64,000 nucleotides of DNA from Candidatus Cloacimonadales bacterium. Lineage in GTDB: Bacteria > Cloacimonadota > Cloacimonadia > Cloacimonadales > JAFGVF01. The notes beneath the pieces were generated by a model that was given only the letters and a program-made list of their open reading frames with translations, did not search any database and was not told where the DNA came from. The translations under genes were made by a program, and so were the position numbers. The DNA is taken from NCBI GenBank assembly GCA_963667035.1, contig OY762964.1:1824001-1888000 (forward strand). The letters run 5' to 3'. Positions 39,004-49,119 of the stretch are shown here, piece by piece (position 1 is the stretch's first letter; the number at the start of each line of letters is the position of its first letter).

Positions 39004-39114
39004 AAATGAATCCTTAGTTTAATGGATAGTAGGTAAATAACTAAGTCCATACATCTGAATCACTCCAATCAACTATGTTTCAATCCTTGATTTAATGGAT
39101 AGTAGGTAAATAAC
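39004..39114 (-). CRISPR. Orphan CRISPR mini-array: 2 repeats (38 nt) and 1 spacer (35 nt)
   Basis: Repeat 39077-39114 reads GTTATTTACCTACTATCCATTAAATCAAGGATTGAAAC on the minus strand (ATTGAAAC end). The copy at 39004-39041 has 6 mismatches in its 3' part. Spacer 39042-39076; AT-rich leader-like sequence to the right; no cas genes in the window. Confidence 0.82.
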
Positions 39115-39795
39115 TAATATTCTCACGTATATATTTAAATATCAGATAATTACAAATAAATCTCAGAACTGAATATCTGATAAATTCATGTATGCTGATG
39201 CAAAAAATACATCGGAATTTGCTTCTCGGGAACACGTAAACACTCTATAATAAAGGGCAAAGAGCAGATTTCTATCAATTAAGCAATAATTTTGCCTCAG
39301 GAAAGATAAAATCAGTTTTATATTTATTTTCCAATCAGTAATTGTCAATTAAATTATAGTGTTAATATAGTGTTTTGTCCTAGAATAGTTGTATTAAACT
39401 ATAAAAAGAAATATTATGGAAGAGAAAGATGAAAAATGAGTTTTTGTAGTATTCAAATAGAATGGATTGGCATGGATAAGGAAGAAAGAACTAAACAAAA
39501 TGAGAAGTACAACTTACCAAACAGTAGATACTAAATATACGCCAATAATACAGATGTCTTAATCAAAATCCATACATAGAAATATTAGCTGTTTACAATG
39601 CTAAAACCTAAAGGCAGACGATTATGTATACTTATACATAATTCATCATAGCCAAATAATACTGACTAATCAATCATCAATATCTGATATAGACTAATTC
39701 ATACTGTTATATCAGTGGTAAGGTTATTGAAGCCTTAAAAGATAATGTAAAGGATGTCCTCTATGGCAATGAATTTGGAAAGAGTAGCAAGTAAC

Positions 39796-40402
39796 ATGAC
39801 AACTGACAATAATAGTAGTAAAATCATTGTTACTAACTACAGATTTGAAAGAAAATTCCATTTGAGCGAACTATCAAGATTCTAAGTTGAGAGTTTTGTT
39901 AAACTACATCCAGCCTTTTTCTCTGAGATATTCTATAAAAGATACATAAATAACATATATCTGGATTCTCATAACTTCACTAATTTACACGAGAATGTTG
40001 ATGGAGCATCGGACAGAATCAAAATTCGAATCAGGTGGTATGGTGATTTGTTCGGATATGTTGAGGAACCAACCCTTGAGATTAAAGCTAAGAGGGGATT
40101 ATTGGGCATGAAAATATCTGCTCATATTGAACCATTTCATTTCTCCAATACTACTGATATAACTTTAATGACGAAGAGTTTAGAATTATAATAGATAGCG
40201 ACCAATCCTTCTATACCGTAAACAAGAAAATAACTTGTTTATGAATCATCATAAAGACAGAGAATCTGTTATCCTGGAACCAAAGTATGGGAAGTATCTA
40301 GACCACAAAGCTAATAACATAACATCTAAATTCCCTTTCAGAGTAACAAGGTCGTTAAAGTATGTGAGTGGACTCCAAAAGATATATCAGCAAGTATTTT
40401 AG
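39796..40402 (+). pseudogene. VTC (polyphosphate polymerase-like) domain pseudogene
   Basis: RFERKF, NNIYLD, KIRIRWYG, LEIK, VILEPKY and LKYVSG motifs, broken by TAA at 39883-39885 and 40189-40191 and by frameshifts. Confidence 0.8.
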
Positions 40403-40403
40403 C

Positions 40404-42362
40404 TTAACTATTCATGCTTTTCTGAAAGTACTCCCTCCCTTCATGAGTTATGAATCTGAAGTCACCTTTTCTGAAAATCCAACCCTGCCTTTCGAAGACA
40501 AAGAGTAATGCTAAGCATATCTTTCTGTTGCCGTCAATTAAGTCTCTGAAATCTGATACTTTTACGCCCTCATTTGTTTCATTTAGATGCTTTAATAAAA
40601 CTAAAGCTGTTTTATGTACAATATCCGCATGCAAGTAATGCTCTTCCGACTTGAAAATCCTTTGTTTTTTTACAAGTAATGATAGAACTTGCTTGAAGAA
40701 TTTATCATTAACATTCATTCTTTTTAGCTGTGGTTCCAGCTTGGTAATCAATGGTAGAGTCATATCAGATTCCTTAAAGAAAGATTCAATCATATCAATT
40801 TGTTGTAACTCTTTATCTGATAGCTCTATATGATGTGTGTCAAGGACCCAAGTGTTACCCTCTTTTCTAATCTCCTTGTTCGTTTGCATCTCTGCTAACA
40901 AGAATTTGAATATAGCCAGAAAGTCTTGATTCTGCTCTGCCCCAAGCACTCCCAATAGCTCTTGAATAGTCTTACCTTCCGTATCCAATGGAAATCTCTT
41001 GTGATGAGTAGATAGTTGACTGACAATCCTTTTATGCCACTCCTCAAACCTCTTATTAAACACAAGATATTCTGCTTTAGAAGTGCTAACAAATCTTATT
41101 TCGTTAAGTAAAATCGGACTATTAATTTCTTCTATTCTACTTTCTTTAACATTTAAAACGGTACATATTTCTTCTAAAGTCGGAGGAGTAACACGTTTCT
41201 TAACTTCAGCAATGATCTTAACAATCAAGTCTCCTTCAGATAATGATTCTAACTCTTTTATCAATCTCTTGGGACGTCTCTTATGTTTGTTAGGATGTGC
41301 ATCAATTATAGTACCTCCACCTAATGTTATATCCCCGGAACTATTCCTTATGATAAAATGATCTTTGTATGCCAGAGCAACAGGTTTAGGAAGATGTACT
41401 TGAACGATAGCTTTTTCTCCGTGCATTAGCTTGTTGCTATTAATAAGATGTATCTTTGCGTTACATTGATATGTTCCGGCAAGAAATACTACTTGCGTCC
41501 ATATATTAAACTCACGGAGTTGACTAAAAAGTGTTAGTTCGGCATCAACAAGATTTGTCGTTTGAAGTACTCTATCCGCAACTAGCATTCCTCGCTCAAA
41601 CTCATCATGCCTTAAGCCGACAACATTGAAAGATGCTCTGTCTCCTGAGAATACTTCCTCGACTTCCTTATGATGTCTTTCTATCCGCCTGATTCTCAGT
41701 TCTTTTGCTCCCGGTAAAAGATACAATTTATCCTTTTTAGTAATATGCCCGGATAAAACAGAACCGTTGATAACCGTACCAAAGCCCTGCACTTGGAAAA
41801 TCCTATCAACGAACATCCTGAAGTAGTTCCCAATCTTTCTTTCTTGTGTGAATTCAAACTCTTTGTTCAGTACATTTATCAAATCCTCGAAACCTGCTTT
41901 TGTTTTGGAGGATACCGCAACTATCGGGCAATCTTTGAGAAAAGAGTCATTAATCAGCTCTTTAATTTCTTCTTTTGCTGCCTCAATTAACTCAGAATCA
42001 ACTAAGTCCGATTTTGTTAGAGCAATGAAACCTCTCTTCACTCCTAACATTTTTAAGATATTCAAATGCTCAACTGTTTGAGGCATAACGCCACTATCGG
42101 CAGCAATTACAAGCATTACAAAGTCAATCCCGCTAACACCTGCTATCATAGTGTTTACAAAGTTCTTATGTCCGGGTACATCAACAACCCCAATACTTCT
42201 TTCATCGCTAAGCTGAAGGTTTGTAAAACCCAAGTTAATAGTAATGCCGCGACTCTTTTCTTCTTTATGTGTATCGCAATTAAAACCTGTCAGAGCTTCT
42301 ATTAGAGTAGTTTTACCATGATCTATATGTCCGGCAGTTCCCATGATTAAGTGCTTTTCCAT
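40404..42362 (-). CDS. selB: Selenocysteine-specific elongation factor
   Basis: GTAGHIDHGKT, EEKSRGITINLGF, DVPGH, C-terminal winged helix FRDLIDGNRK; adjacent to selA. Confidence 0.96.
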   Translation of the reverse strand: MEKHLIMGTAGHIDHGKTTLIEALTGFNCDTHKEEKSRGITINLGFTNLQLSDERSIGVVDVPGHKNFVNTMIAGVSGIDFVMLVIAADSGVMPQTVEHLNILKMLGVKRGFIALTKSDLVDSELIEAAKEEIKELINDSFLKDCPIVAVSSKTKAGFEDLINVLNKEFEFTQERKIGNYFRMFVDRIFQVQGFGTVINGSVLSGHITKKDKLYLLPGAKELRIRRIERHHKEVEEVFSGDRASFNVVGLRHDEFERGMLVADRVLQTTNLVDAELTLFSQLREFNIWTQVVFLAGTYQCNAKIHLINSNKLMHGEKAIVQVHLPKPVALAYKDHFIIRNSSGDITLGGGTIIDAHPNKHKRRPKRLIKELESLSEGDLIVKIIAEVKKRVTPPTLEEICTVLNVKESRIEEINSPILLNEIRFVSTSKAEYLVFNKRFEEWHKRIVSQLSTHHKRFPLDTEGKTIQELLGVLGAEQNQDFLAIFKFLLAEMQTNKEIRKEGNTWVLDTHHIELSDKELQQIDMIESFFKESDMTLPLITKLEPQLKRMNVNDKFFKQVLSLLVKKQRIFKSEEHYLHADIVHKTALVLLKHLNETNEGVKVSDFRDLIDGNRKICLALLFVFERQGWIFRKGDFRFITHEGREYFQKSMNS

Positions 42363-42365
42363 TAC

Positions 42366-43745
42366 CTAACTCCAGATTTGCTTTAAAGTGTTTGCTATAA
42401 TTTCCAGATGTTCTTCCTCCAAGGTTAAGACTTTAAAAACTAACCTTCCATTATCCATCAATCCTACTATTGCAGGATTCTGTTTCATTAGTAGTTTATG
42501 GATTGAAGCTATTTTTTGCCTTTTACCGTCTTTATCGGCAATACAAACCTGCCAGGTAAAGAGTTCTTCTTCAGGAACTGAACCACCTCCAACGAAGCCA
42601 TTACACTTTTCAATGGTAATACTGGCGTTAATATCTAAAAGCATAAAAGCTAGTTTCTCTGCTAATTTCTTTTGTTCATCGTCACTGCGTAACAAATATC
42701 TCATTACAGGAGCCCGATCAGCTAATTCCTTTTCCTTTAAGAAACCCAAAAGAACTGAGTTCAATAGGGATAATGTTACTTTTCCGACTCTAAGCACACG
42801 CATCATCGGATCTTCACCAAGCATTTGTATATACTTCTTTTTACCTACGATAATACCTGCTTGAGCACCACCAATTAGCTTATCACTACTAAAACACACA
42901 ATATCAGCCCCATTAGCTAACGCTTGTTTCACTGACGGTTCTTTGCTTAAAGCAGGATTGTCTATTTCCTTCAAATACCCTGAGCCAATATCATTCACAA
43001 ATATAATATCATTCTTATGTGCCAACTCGGAAAGTTCATTCTCAGGTACATCTTTTGTAAAACCCACTATCTTATAGTTCGAAGTATGGGCTTTAAAAAT
43101 CATAGCAGTGTTTTCATCAATGTTCTGTGCATAATCTCTCAGATGAGTTCTATTAGTCGTGCCTACTTCAACCATCTTCGCTCCGGAAGAGTTCATGATA
43201 TCGGGAATTCTGAATGAACCCCCAATTTCAACAAGCTCACCTCTTGAGATAAGAACTCCTTTCTTTTGAGCTAGTATCTTTAATATCATATATACCGCAC
43301 TGGCATTATTGTTAACAACAATCGCATCTTCAGCACCGGTAAGCTCGCAGATCAAATCTCTCACATGTACATTACGATGTCCTCGCATACCTGTTTCAAG
43401 GTTAAACTCAAGATTTGAATAACTACCAAACAGATCACTAAGTTCATCTAAGGCTGTGTGACTCAAAGGAGCTCTTCCAAGGTTAGTATGGATAACTATT
43501 CCGGTTGCATTAATAACTTTCTTTAGAGTTCTCATTGATTTAGCATGAACTTTTTCAATAACTATATTTGTAATATCTTCTATAGATGGGATAGTCTTAT
43601 CATCTCCTAAGATACCTCTTAACTCGCTAAGCTGTTCACGAATGACTTTCAGAACCAAATCATAATTATATGTATTTATCAATTCTTTTATTTCTATAGA
43701 TTCAAGTAGTTTATTTACACTAGGTATGTTTTTTAAACGGCTCAT
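42366..43745 (-). CDS. selA: L-seryl-tRNA(Sec) selenium transferase
   Basis: VINATGIVIHTNLGRAPL, VVNNNA, SRGELVEIGGSFRIPD, FSSDKLIGG. Confidence 0.97.
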   Translation of the reverse strand: MSRLKNIPSVNKLLESIEIKELINTYNYDLVLKVIREQLSELRGILGDDKTIPSIEDITNIVIEKVHAKSMRTLKKVINATGIVIHTNLGRAPLSHTALDELSDLFGSYSNLEFNLETGMRGHRNVHVRDLICELTGAEDAIVVNNNASAVYMILKILAQKKGVLISRGELVEIGGSFRIPDIMNSSGAKMVEVGTTNRTHLRDYAQNIDENTAMIFKAHTSNYKIVGFTKDVPENELSELAHKNDIIFVNDIGSGYLKEIDNPALSKEPSVKQALANGADIVCFSSDKLIGGAQAGIIVGKKKYIQMLGEDPMMRVLRVGKVTLSLLNSVLLGFLKEKELADRAPVMRYLLRSDDEQKKLAEKLAFMLLDINASITIEKCNGFVGGGSVPEEELFTWQVCIADKDGKRQKIASIHKLLMKQNPAIVGLMDNGRLVFKVLTLEEEHLEIIANTLKQIWS

Positions 43746-43783
43746 TAATCCCCCAATTATTTCAAGTCTGATTTTATTGAATT

Positions 43784-43808
43784 AAAAAAGGGCAGTTCAA
43801 CTGCCCTT
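43784..43808 (-). terminator. Intrinsic terminator of the TPR gene
   Basis: AAGGGCAGT-TCA-ACTGCCCTT with an A-run on the left, which is a T-tail on the minus strand. Confidence 0.75.
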
Positions 43809-43835
43809 GTCAACAAATCTTTGTTATTTGAAAGT

Positions 43836-44846
43836 TTATTTCATTGCATCTAAATACTTCTGGGCATGAACTCCGTATTTCTTGTGATCTTTAGCAACTA
43901 TGAAATCAGCCTTTGCTCCTTCCATGTCACCAGTTTTATGCTTTGCAACTCCTCTGAGAAAATAAGCAACAAGCTCTTTGGGATTCTTAGCAATAACTTT
44001 ATCAGCATATTTGATTGTCTGAGTGTAATTGCCTTCTTTGTAATAAAGATTACAAACATAAAGAGCAACTTTAGGGTCATCTTCCTGATTGAGATATTTA
44101 ATAAACCAACTACGAGCATTGTCTGAGTCTTTCAAGCTTTTATACATTACTCCAAGAGACTTATAAAGGTCTGTCCTCTCTTCGGTAGGAGGGTTATTTT
44201 GAAGATAAAGCTTTGTTAGTTCAATTGCCTTGGGATAATCTTTTTTCTTTTTATAAGCATTAATTATATTCTTTGCAATTGCAGGATCATTCTCACTATC
44301 GTTTGCCTGATAGTATTCATACCACTTTATTGCATTAGTATAATCTTTAGTTCTGAAATAGTAATAGTTTCCAACCCTTTTAGCAGCTTTTGCACTAGTA
44401 TTAGTAGCAAGAAAATCTTCAAGCATATTAACGCCAGTCTCTTCTCTGTTAAGATCATTTTTAAGTATATCAAATTTCTGAAGATAGAGCTTTTCGTTAG
44501 CAGGTTCACGTACAATTCTCTTGTCTAAATATTGAAGAGCTTCTTCAAAATTACCGGCTTTGACATTTGCAACAGAAAGATTAGCTTCAAGTATACCTAT
44601 CTGCTCTTCTATAGTAGCTTCTTCATCAGTTTCAGCTAAGAGTACATTATACTTTTCCAAAGCATTCTCATAAGCTCCAACTGCTTTGGCAAAATCATTT
44701 GCGCCAAAGAATTGATCACCTTCTTTAGCTTTTTCAATAGCTTCATTTTTAGCATTGATATAGTCGTTTCCTGTTAAAGCACATAATGGCATTACTGTTG
44801 CTAACAACAACAAAATAAGTGTGATTATTTGTATGGCTTTTTTCAT
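43836..44846 (-). CDS. Exported tetratricopeptide repeat protein
   Basis: Signal peptide and repeated TPR-like helices (AGNFEEALQYL, DYTNAIKWY, YFLRGVAKHKTGDMEGAKADF). Confidence 0.85.
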   Translation of the reverse strand: MKKAIQIITLILLLLATVMPLCALTGNDYINAKNEAIEKAKEGDQFFGANDFAKAVGAYENALEKYNVLLAETDEEATIEEQIGILEANLSVANVKAGNFEEALQYLDKRIVREPANEKLYLQKFDILKNDLNREETGVNMLEDFLATNTSAKAAKRVGNYYYFRTKDYTNAIKWYEYYQANDSENDPAIAKNIINAYKKKKDYPKAIELTKLYLQNNPPTEERTDLYKSLGVMYKSLKDSDNARSWFIKYLNQEDDPKVALYVCNLYYKEGNYTQTIKYADKVIAKNPKELVAYFLRGVAKHKTGDMEGAKADFIVAKDHKKYGVHAQKYLDAMK

Positions 44847-45036
44847 TCTTCCTCCAGAAGGTTATTTCTTCATAGTTTATTCGATAAAATTCTATTATCA
44901 AATATTCCGTCAATAGTTTTTCTTTCATAAGAACTTCAATAGTTTAGCATAAACTATATAACTTCGGGCATTATAGCATACTTTGTTTGTTTAAACTCAT
45001 TATCTTGTAAAAGTAACTTTAAATATTCGTTGTACT

Positions 45037-45723
45037 TCAGATTACTTTACTTTGAATTAGCATCAATTCTTTGATTCCTACTTTAGCAAGATTGATTAAC
45101 TTATTCATCTCATCATCAGTGAAAGTATTGTTTTCACCTGTTCCTTGAATTTCAACAAATCGACCTTCTTCTGTCATAACAACATTCATATCAACATCAG
45201 CCCGTGAATCAAGGGAATAATCCAGATCAAGTACAGGTTCTCCGTCAATAATGCCAACACTAACAGCTGCTACCTGTCCTGTAATAGGATTCTCGTTTAT
45301 CCTTTTCTCAGAAAGCAGTTTTTGCACTGCATCATTCAAAGCAACCCATGCACCTGTGATTGATGCTGTACGTGTTCCCCCATCAGCTTGAATCACATCA
45401 CAATCAATTTGAATAGTGAATCCATTAAGTTTCTTCAAATCTACAATAGCTCTTAGTGAACGACCTATTAATCTCTGAATCTCTGCAGTTCTACCTGTAA
45501 CTTTACCTTTATTCACTTCTCGATTGAATCTGGTATTTGTACTTGGAGGAATCATACCATATTCAGCTGTTAGCCAACCCTCTTCATTAACTTCACAGAA
45601 TTTTGGTACCCCCTCACTTATAGAAGCAGAACATATAACTTTTGTATTACCTGCTGTTATTAAAACTGACCCGGCAGGATGCATTAGGTAGTTTCTTACT
45701 ATCGTAACATTTCTTAATGACAT
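45037..45723 (-). CDS. rph: Ribonuclease PH
   Basis: [51 protein letters not shown] at 45723 after AGGAG. Confidence 0.96.
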   Translation of the reverse strand: MSLRNVTIVRNYLMHPAGSVLITAGNTKVICSASISEGVPKFCEVNEEGWLTAEYGMIPPSTNTRFNREVNKGKVTGRTAEIQRLIGRSLRAIVDLKKLNGFTIQIDCDVIQADGGTRTASITGAWVALNDAVQKLLSEKRINENPITGQVAAVSVGIIDGEPVLDLDYSLDSRADVDMNVVMTEEGRFVEIQGTGENNTFTDDEMNKLINLAKVGIKELMLIQSKVI

Positions 45724-45860
45724 ATTATCTCCTTGTATATAAGATAAGGATATTGATAAGCCTGTCAATTAATAAAAGGGTTTCATAACCATTCAACAAT
45801 CCTGATAAGCATTCTATTATCAATCATGACCACCAGCTCAGCTGCTGGTTTTCGTTGTGT

Positions 45861-45888
45861 AAAAAAGAGCCTCTCTTTGGAGGCTCTT
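45861..45888 (-). terminator. Intrinsic terminator
   Basis: AAAAAAGAGCCTC-TCTTTG-GAGGCTCTT just past the stop of the 45905 gene. Confidence 0.75.
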
Positions 45889-45904
45889 GAATCGAATAAC
45901 TCTT

Positions 45905-47878
45905 TTATTTAAGTAAAGTTGCTTTTTTTATAATGCATTCTTCATCGGTTAACATTCTAATAAAATAAGTACCGGAAGATTCATTTATTGCATTCCATTC
46001 ATAAGAGTGAGTTCCTTCTTTAAGATAATGGAAGTGTTTATGATGAACTCTTTTTCCCCTAATGTCGTATATATCCAAATCAACTTCTGTATCTCCTTCG
46101 AGTGAAAAGAGTAGTTCGGTCCTAGGATTAAAAGGATTAGGATAAACATTTAAAGAAGTATCGGTAACTATCTCGGGAGTGTCTTCTCCATCGATATCTA
46201 AATCGGTCTTTACATAGAAAGGACCATACATTTGGCTGAGTCCATCCAAATCAATACTCTCAAGCCAATAGAAATATACTTCTGCCATTTCAAATTCTTC
46301 GTCCACAAATACATAACTGTTACCGGTGTTACTTTGGTCGGCAAAAATAGGATTGCCATTTCTTTGTTGCTTAAAAAAACCATTTGAGAATTGATCTCTA
46401 TAAATGTTGTAATTGCTAATATTGCTTTCACTATATGTTTGCCATCTTAGCTCTATCTCATCCTGACTAATTGCATATCCATGGAAACTTCCTAGTATAA
46501 GTGGTAAAGTAAACGACTCTTCCTCTTTAATCCTAATCAAAGTTACAGTACTGAATTGTACTTTAATATTAGCAGATAAGGAGTTTAATTCTTTAAGTTC
46601 CAATGCTATCACATCAGTTGCAGAATCGATTGTGACTATTGCATTACCGTTTGCTGAACCGAAGTCACCTGAATCTTTCTTTTGTAAAGATCTTTTAATT
46701 ATGGCTTTATCAACAATTGTACCACCAATACTTACACTACAATCCACGTCTATATCAACTCCACTCTCTCCCGGATTCGGATAGGTTAGACCAATATAAT
46801 AGCATAGTAAATACTTTCCGGAACTATCGTTAATCGGGGACATCGTGTCAGTTGCAGATGAAAAACTCCAAGATGAACCGTCCCTGATGAAATCTACTTG
46901 ATTCTCCTCTTTAGTCCAAATTCCGGATATTGTGGTAACAGTAATATTGTTATCATCCATCATACTTGTATAAGGTGCTGTTGAAGTACCGTCTAGTGGT
47001 ATAAGAAGGAAATTAGAAGTATTACTGGTAAAGCTTTTATTACTTCCGTCTGCTCTAACTTTAACTGAAACTTCATCTCCTCCGTTAACTGTTATAATCC
47101 CACAAGCCAGAGAATTTCCAAAGTCAGCATTACCATCAACTTGTCTTTGAGCCATAATTGTCGGAGTAGCATCATTTATCGATATACCGGTAAAAAATTC
47201 TGCAACATTTGCTGAGGACATACTTACACTGAGTAATGCATAGTATGTTCCTGCGGCTTCAGGAGATACTGTTAAAGTGTTAGAAGCAAAACTCCATCCG
47301 TTCAATTCTCCTGATGAATAACTGTTAATATCAACCCAATTTGTACCAAGTCTGCTTTGAGTTTGTGCAGTTGTGTTATATATCTCAGCATAATAAGGTG
47401 ATAACGATTCTGTTACCTCATAGATTGCAACCTGGGCATGATAAGCTGTAAAAGAAGTGACATTATTATCACACATAACTTGTAACTTAATACTTTCTCC
47501 ATCAGAAACATTTATTAAGCTTCCACCTGATATATTGCCTACATCAGCGTTTAGTTTCATCCTTCTCTGGTTTGTTGCATAATCTGTAGAGTTTACCTGT
47601 ATTATAGTATTCCATAAGCCTTCCGACCCCTTAAAACTAATAGAATACTTAACATAATAGAGTCCTCCCCCACTTGTATTTGTCAAAGCATTGTTCGAAT
47701 AACTCCATGCAGCTGAAGTAGTACTACTACTCCAGCCGGTTACATCATAATGAGCACCTGATAAAAAAAGCGGGGATCCTGTTTGAGTTGTACCTGAGAC
47801 AATGTACATAGCAGCGTATTCAGCCCCGTAAATAAAAGCAGGCAACAGACATATCAAAAATACTAACAATTTTTTCAT
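45905..47878 (-). CDS. Secreted protein with three tandem C1q/TNF-like beta modules and a FlgD/T9SS-like C-terminal domain
   Basis: ATG at 47878 after GGAGG; signal peptide; three similar modules; LPLILGSF..LRWQT.SE domain; VYPNPFNP...SGTYF...KKATLLK. Confidence 0.75.
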   Translation of the reverse strand: MKKLLVFLICLLPAFIYGAEYAAMYIVSGTTQTGSPLFLSGAHYDVTGWSSSTTSAAWSYSNNALTNTSGGGLYYVKYSISFKGSEGLWNTIIQVNSTDYATNQRRMKLNADVGNISGGSLINVSDGESIKLQVMCDNNVTSFTAYHAQVAIYEVTESLSPYYAEIYNTTAQTQSRLGTNWVDINSYSSGELNGWSFASNTLTVSPEAAGTYYALLSVSMSSANVAEFFTGISINDATPTIMAQRQVDGNADFGNSLACGIITVNGGDEVSVKVRADGSNKSFTSNTSNFLLIPLDGTSTAPYTSMMDDNNITVTTISGIWTKEENQVDFIRDGSSWSFSSATDTMSPINDSSGKYLLCYYIGLTYPNPGESGVDIDVDCSVSIGGTIVDKAIIKRSLQKKDSGDFGSANGNAIVTIDSATDVIALELKELNSLSANIKVQFSTVTLIRIKEEESFTLPLILGSFHGYAISQDEIELRWQTYSESNISNYNIYRDQFSNGFFKQQRNGNPIFADQSNTGNSYVFVDEEFEMAEVYFYWLESIDLDGLSQMYGPFYVKTDLDIDGEDTPEIVTDTSLNVYPNPFNPRTELLFSLEGDTEVDLDIYDIRGKRVHHKHFHYLKEGTHSYEWNAINESSGTYFIRMLTDEECIIKKATLLK

Positions 47879-48012
47879 AGTACCTCCTATAATTAGTAAC
47901 CCAATACTAATATGTACCAATAAATATGCAAGCACTTTTTATTTTACTAACTAATTAGTCTCTTATTCTTATTATTAGCATAAATCATATTTCACTATTA
48001 AATTATATATAG

Positions 48013-48039
48013 AAAAAGGTACTCATTTGAGTACCTTTT
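48013..48039 (-). terminator. Intrinsic terminator
   Basis: AAAAAGGTACTC-ATTT-GAGTACCTTTT. Confidence 0.78.
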
Positions 48040-48057
48040 AATGTTTAGCATAAACTT

Positions 48058-49119
48058 TTAGAATACGAAGCTAACTCCTGCTGAGAATGAATTAGTGTTG
48101 GAAAGGCTATATTCTGTATTAAGCTTAAAGAAGCCACTTCTGAAAGAAGATCCAAGAACCAATCTTGTAGAATCTTCCCCTTCCATTTCGAATTTAATCT
48201 TTTCAACGTCGGTAACACCATCATCCAATTCTGTTGTAAACTCATAACTAACTTCAATATTAGAGCTATCCATCATCAAACCTGCATAAGGCGTAATGTT
48301 AAACATTTTAAGTCCAAATTGTTTTGAAGCTGTCACTCCATAAGTTGAGGCAGTCGTTGTCGCAGTATTTTCAATCTCAAGAGTCTGTGTGTAATATGCA
48401 AGAGCAATATTTATGGGTAAAGGTATCTTCATCCACATTAATGGATTGTGTTGAATTCCTACACCAAAATAAGTCATCTTGCCTAAATCCTGTACATCAT
48501 AAGGTGGTAAAGCACGTAAAGTTATCTGAGTTCCGTAAACGGTACCAAGTTTTAACTGAGGAGTCGCCATCGGGAAAACATCCCAGTCATGCATAATGGC
48601 TTTTACAGGAAGTTCTATCTCGTATTCAGCGAGATTAACTGTCTGTGTTTCACCGTTCACATTTACTTCTACAGGCTGAGCAGGAAATAGTACCTTTACT
48701 TTGTCGTCTTTTTGACCGATAATTGTAGGACCACTAATAGTCACATCAAGATCCTGATTTAAAACTGCATCTACAGCATAAGGTTTTAATGCAGGATCAA
48801 TACTGCTATTATTAACTATATCCTCTGCTTGGCTTTGAGAAAAACCAAAGTCACTATTAACTGAAAATGATTTGTCTCCTGATAAATTAGAGACAGTTGC
48901 TATAAAACCGAACTCTGCATTGATTCCAAAGATTTTAGCTTTAGGGGAATCATTAAACCAACCCGCATTTACGCTTGGTCCAAATACATTGGCTACCGGT
49001 CTGATATATTCTTTTGCAGCCCTACCTGAAAGGTTTTCTAAAGATTCTTCTAAGTCACTAGCAAAAATAGGCATAATAAGAACTAATAAAAACATAACAA
49101 TTATAGTTGTTTTTCTCAT
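48058..49119 (-). CDS. DUF6588-like outer-membrane beta-barrel protein
   Basis: Signal peptide, NAGWF, PQLKLG, GVGIQHN, terminal SAGVSFVF. Confidence 0.7.
   Translation of the reverse strand: MRKTTIIVMFLLVLIMPIFASDLEESLENLSGRAAKEYIRPVANVFGPSVNAGWFNDSPKAKIFGINAEFGFIATVSNLSGDKSFSVNSDFGFSQSQAEDIVNNSSIDPALKPYAVDAVLNQDLDVTISGPTIIGQKDDKVKVLFPAQPVEVNVNGETQTVNLAEYEIELPVKAIMHDWDVFPMATPQLKLGTVYGTQITLRALPPYDVQDLGKMTYFGVGIQHNPLMWMKIPLPINIALAYYTQTLEIENTATTTASTYGVTASKQFGLKMFNITPYAGLMMDSSNIEVSYEFTTELDDGVTDVEKIKFEMEGEDSTRLVLGSSFRSGFFKLNTEYSLSNTNSFSAGVSFVF

Noticed and set aside
39163..39348. 61-aa minus-strand ORF next to the CRISPR array (possible cas or toxin gene)
   Set aside because: TTG start, no RBS or motif, and it lies in the AT-rich leader; its TTG is part of a TTGACA that may be a promoter element.
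39420..39795. Gene fragments upstream of the VTC pseudogene
   Set aside because: The frames I read are short and interrupted, and I could not assign a family.
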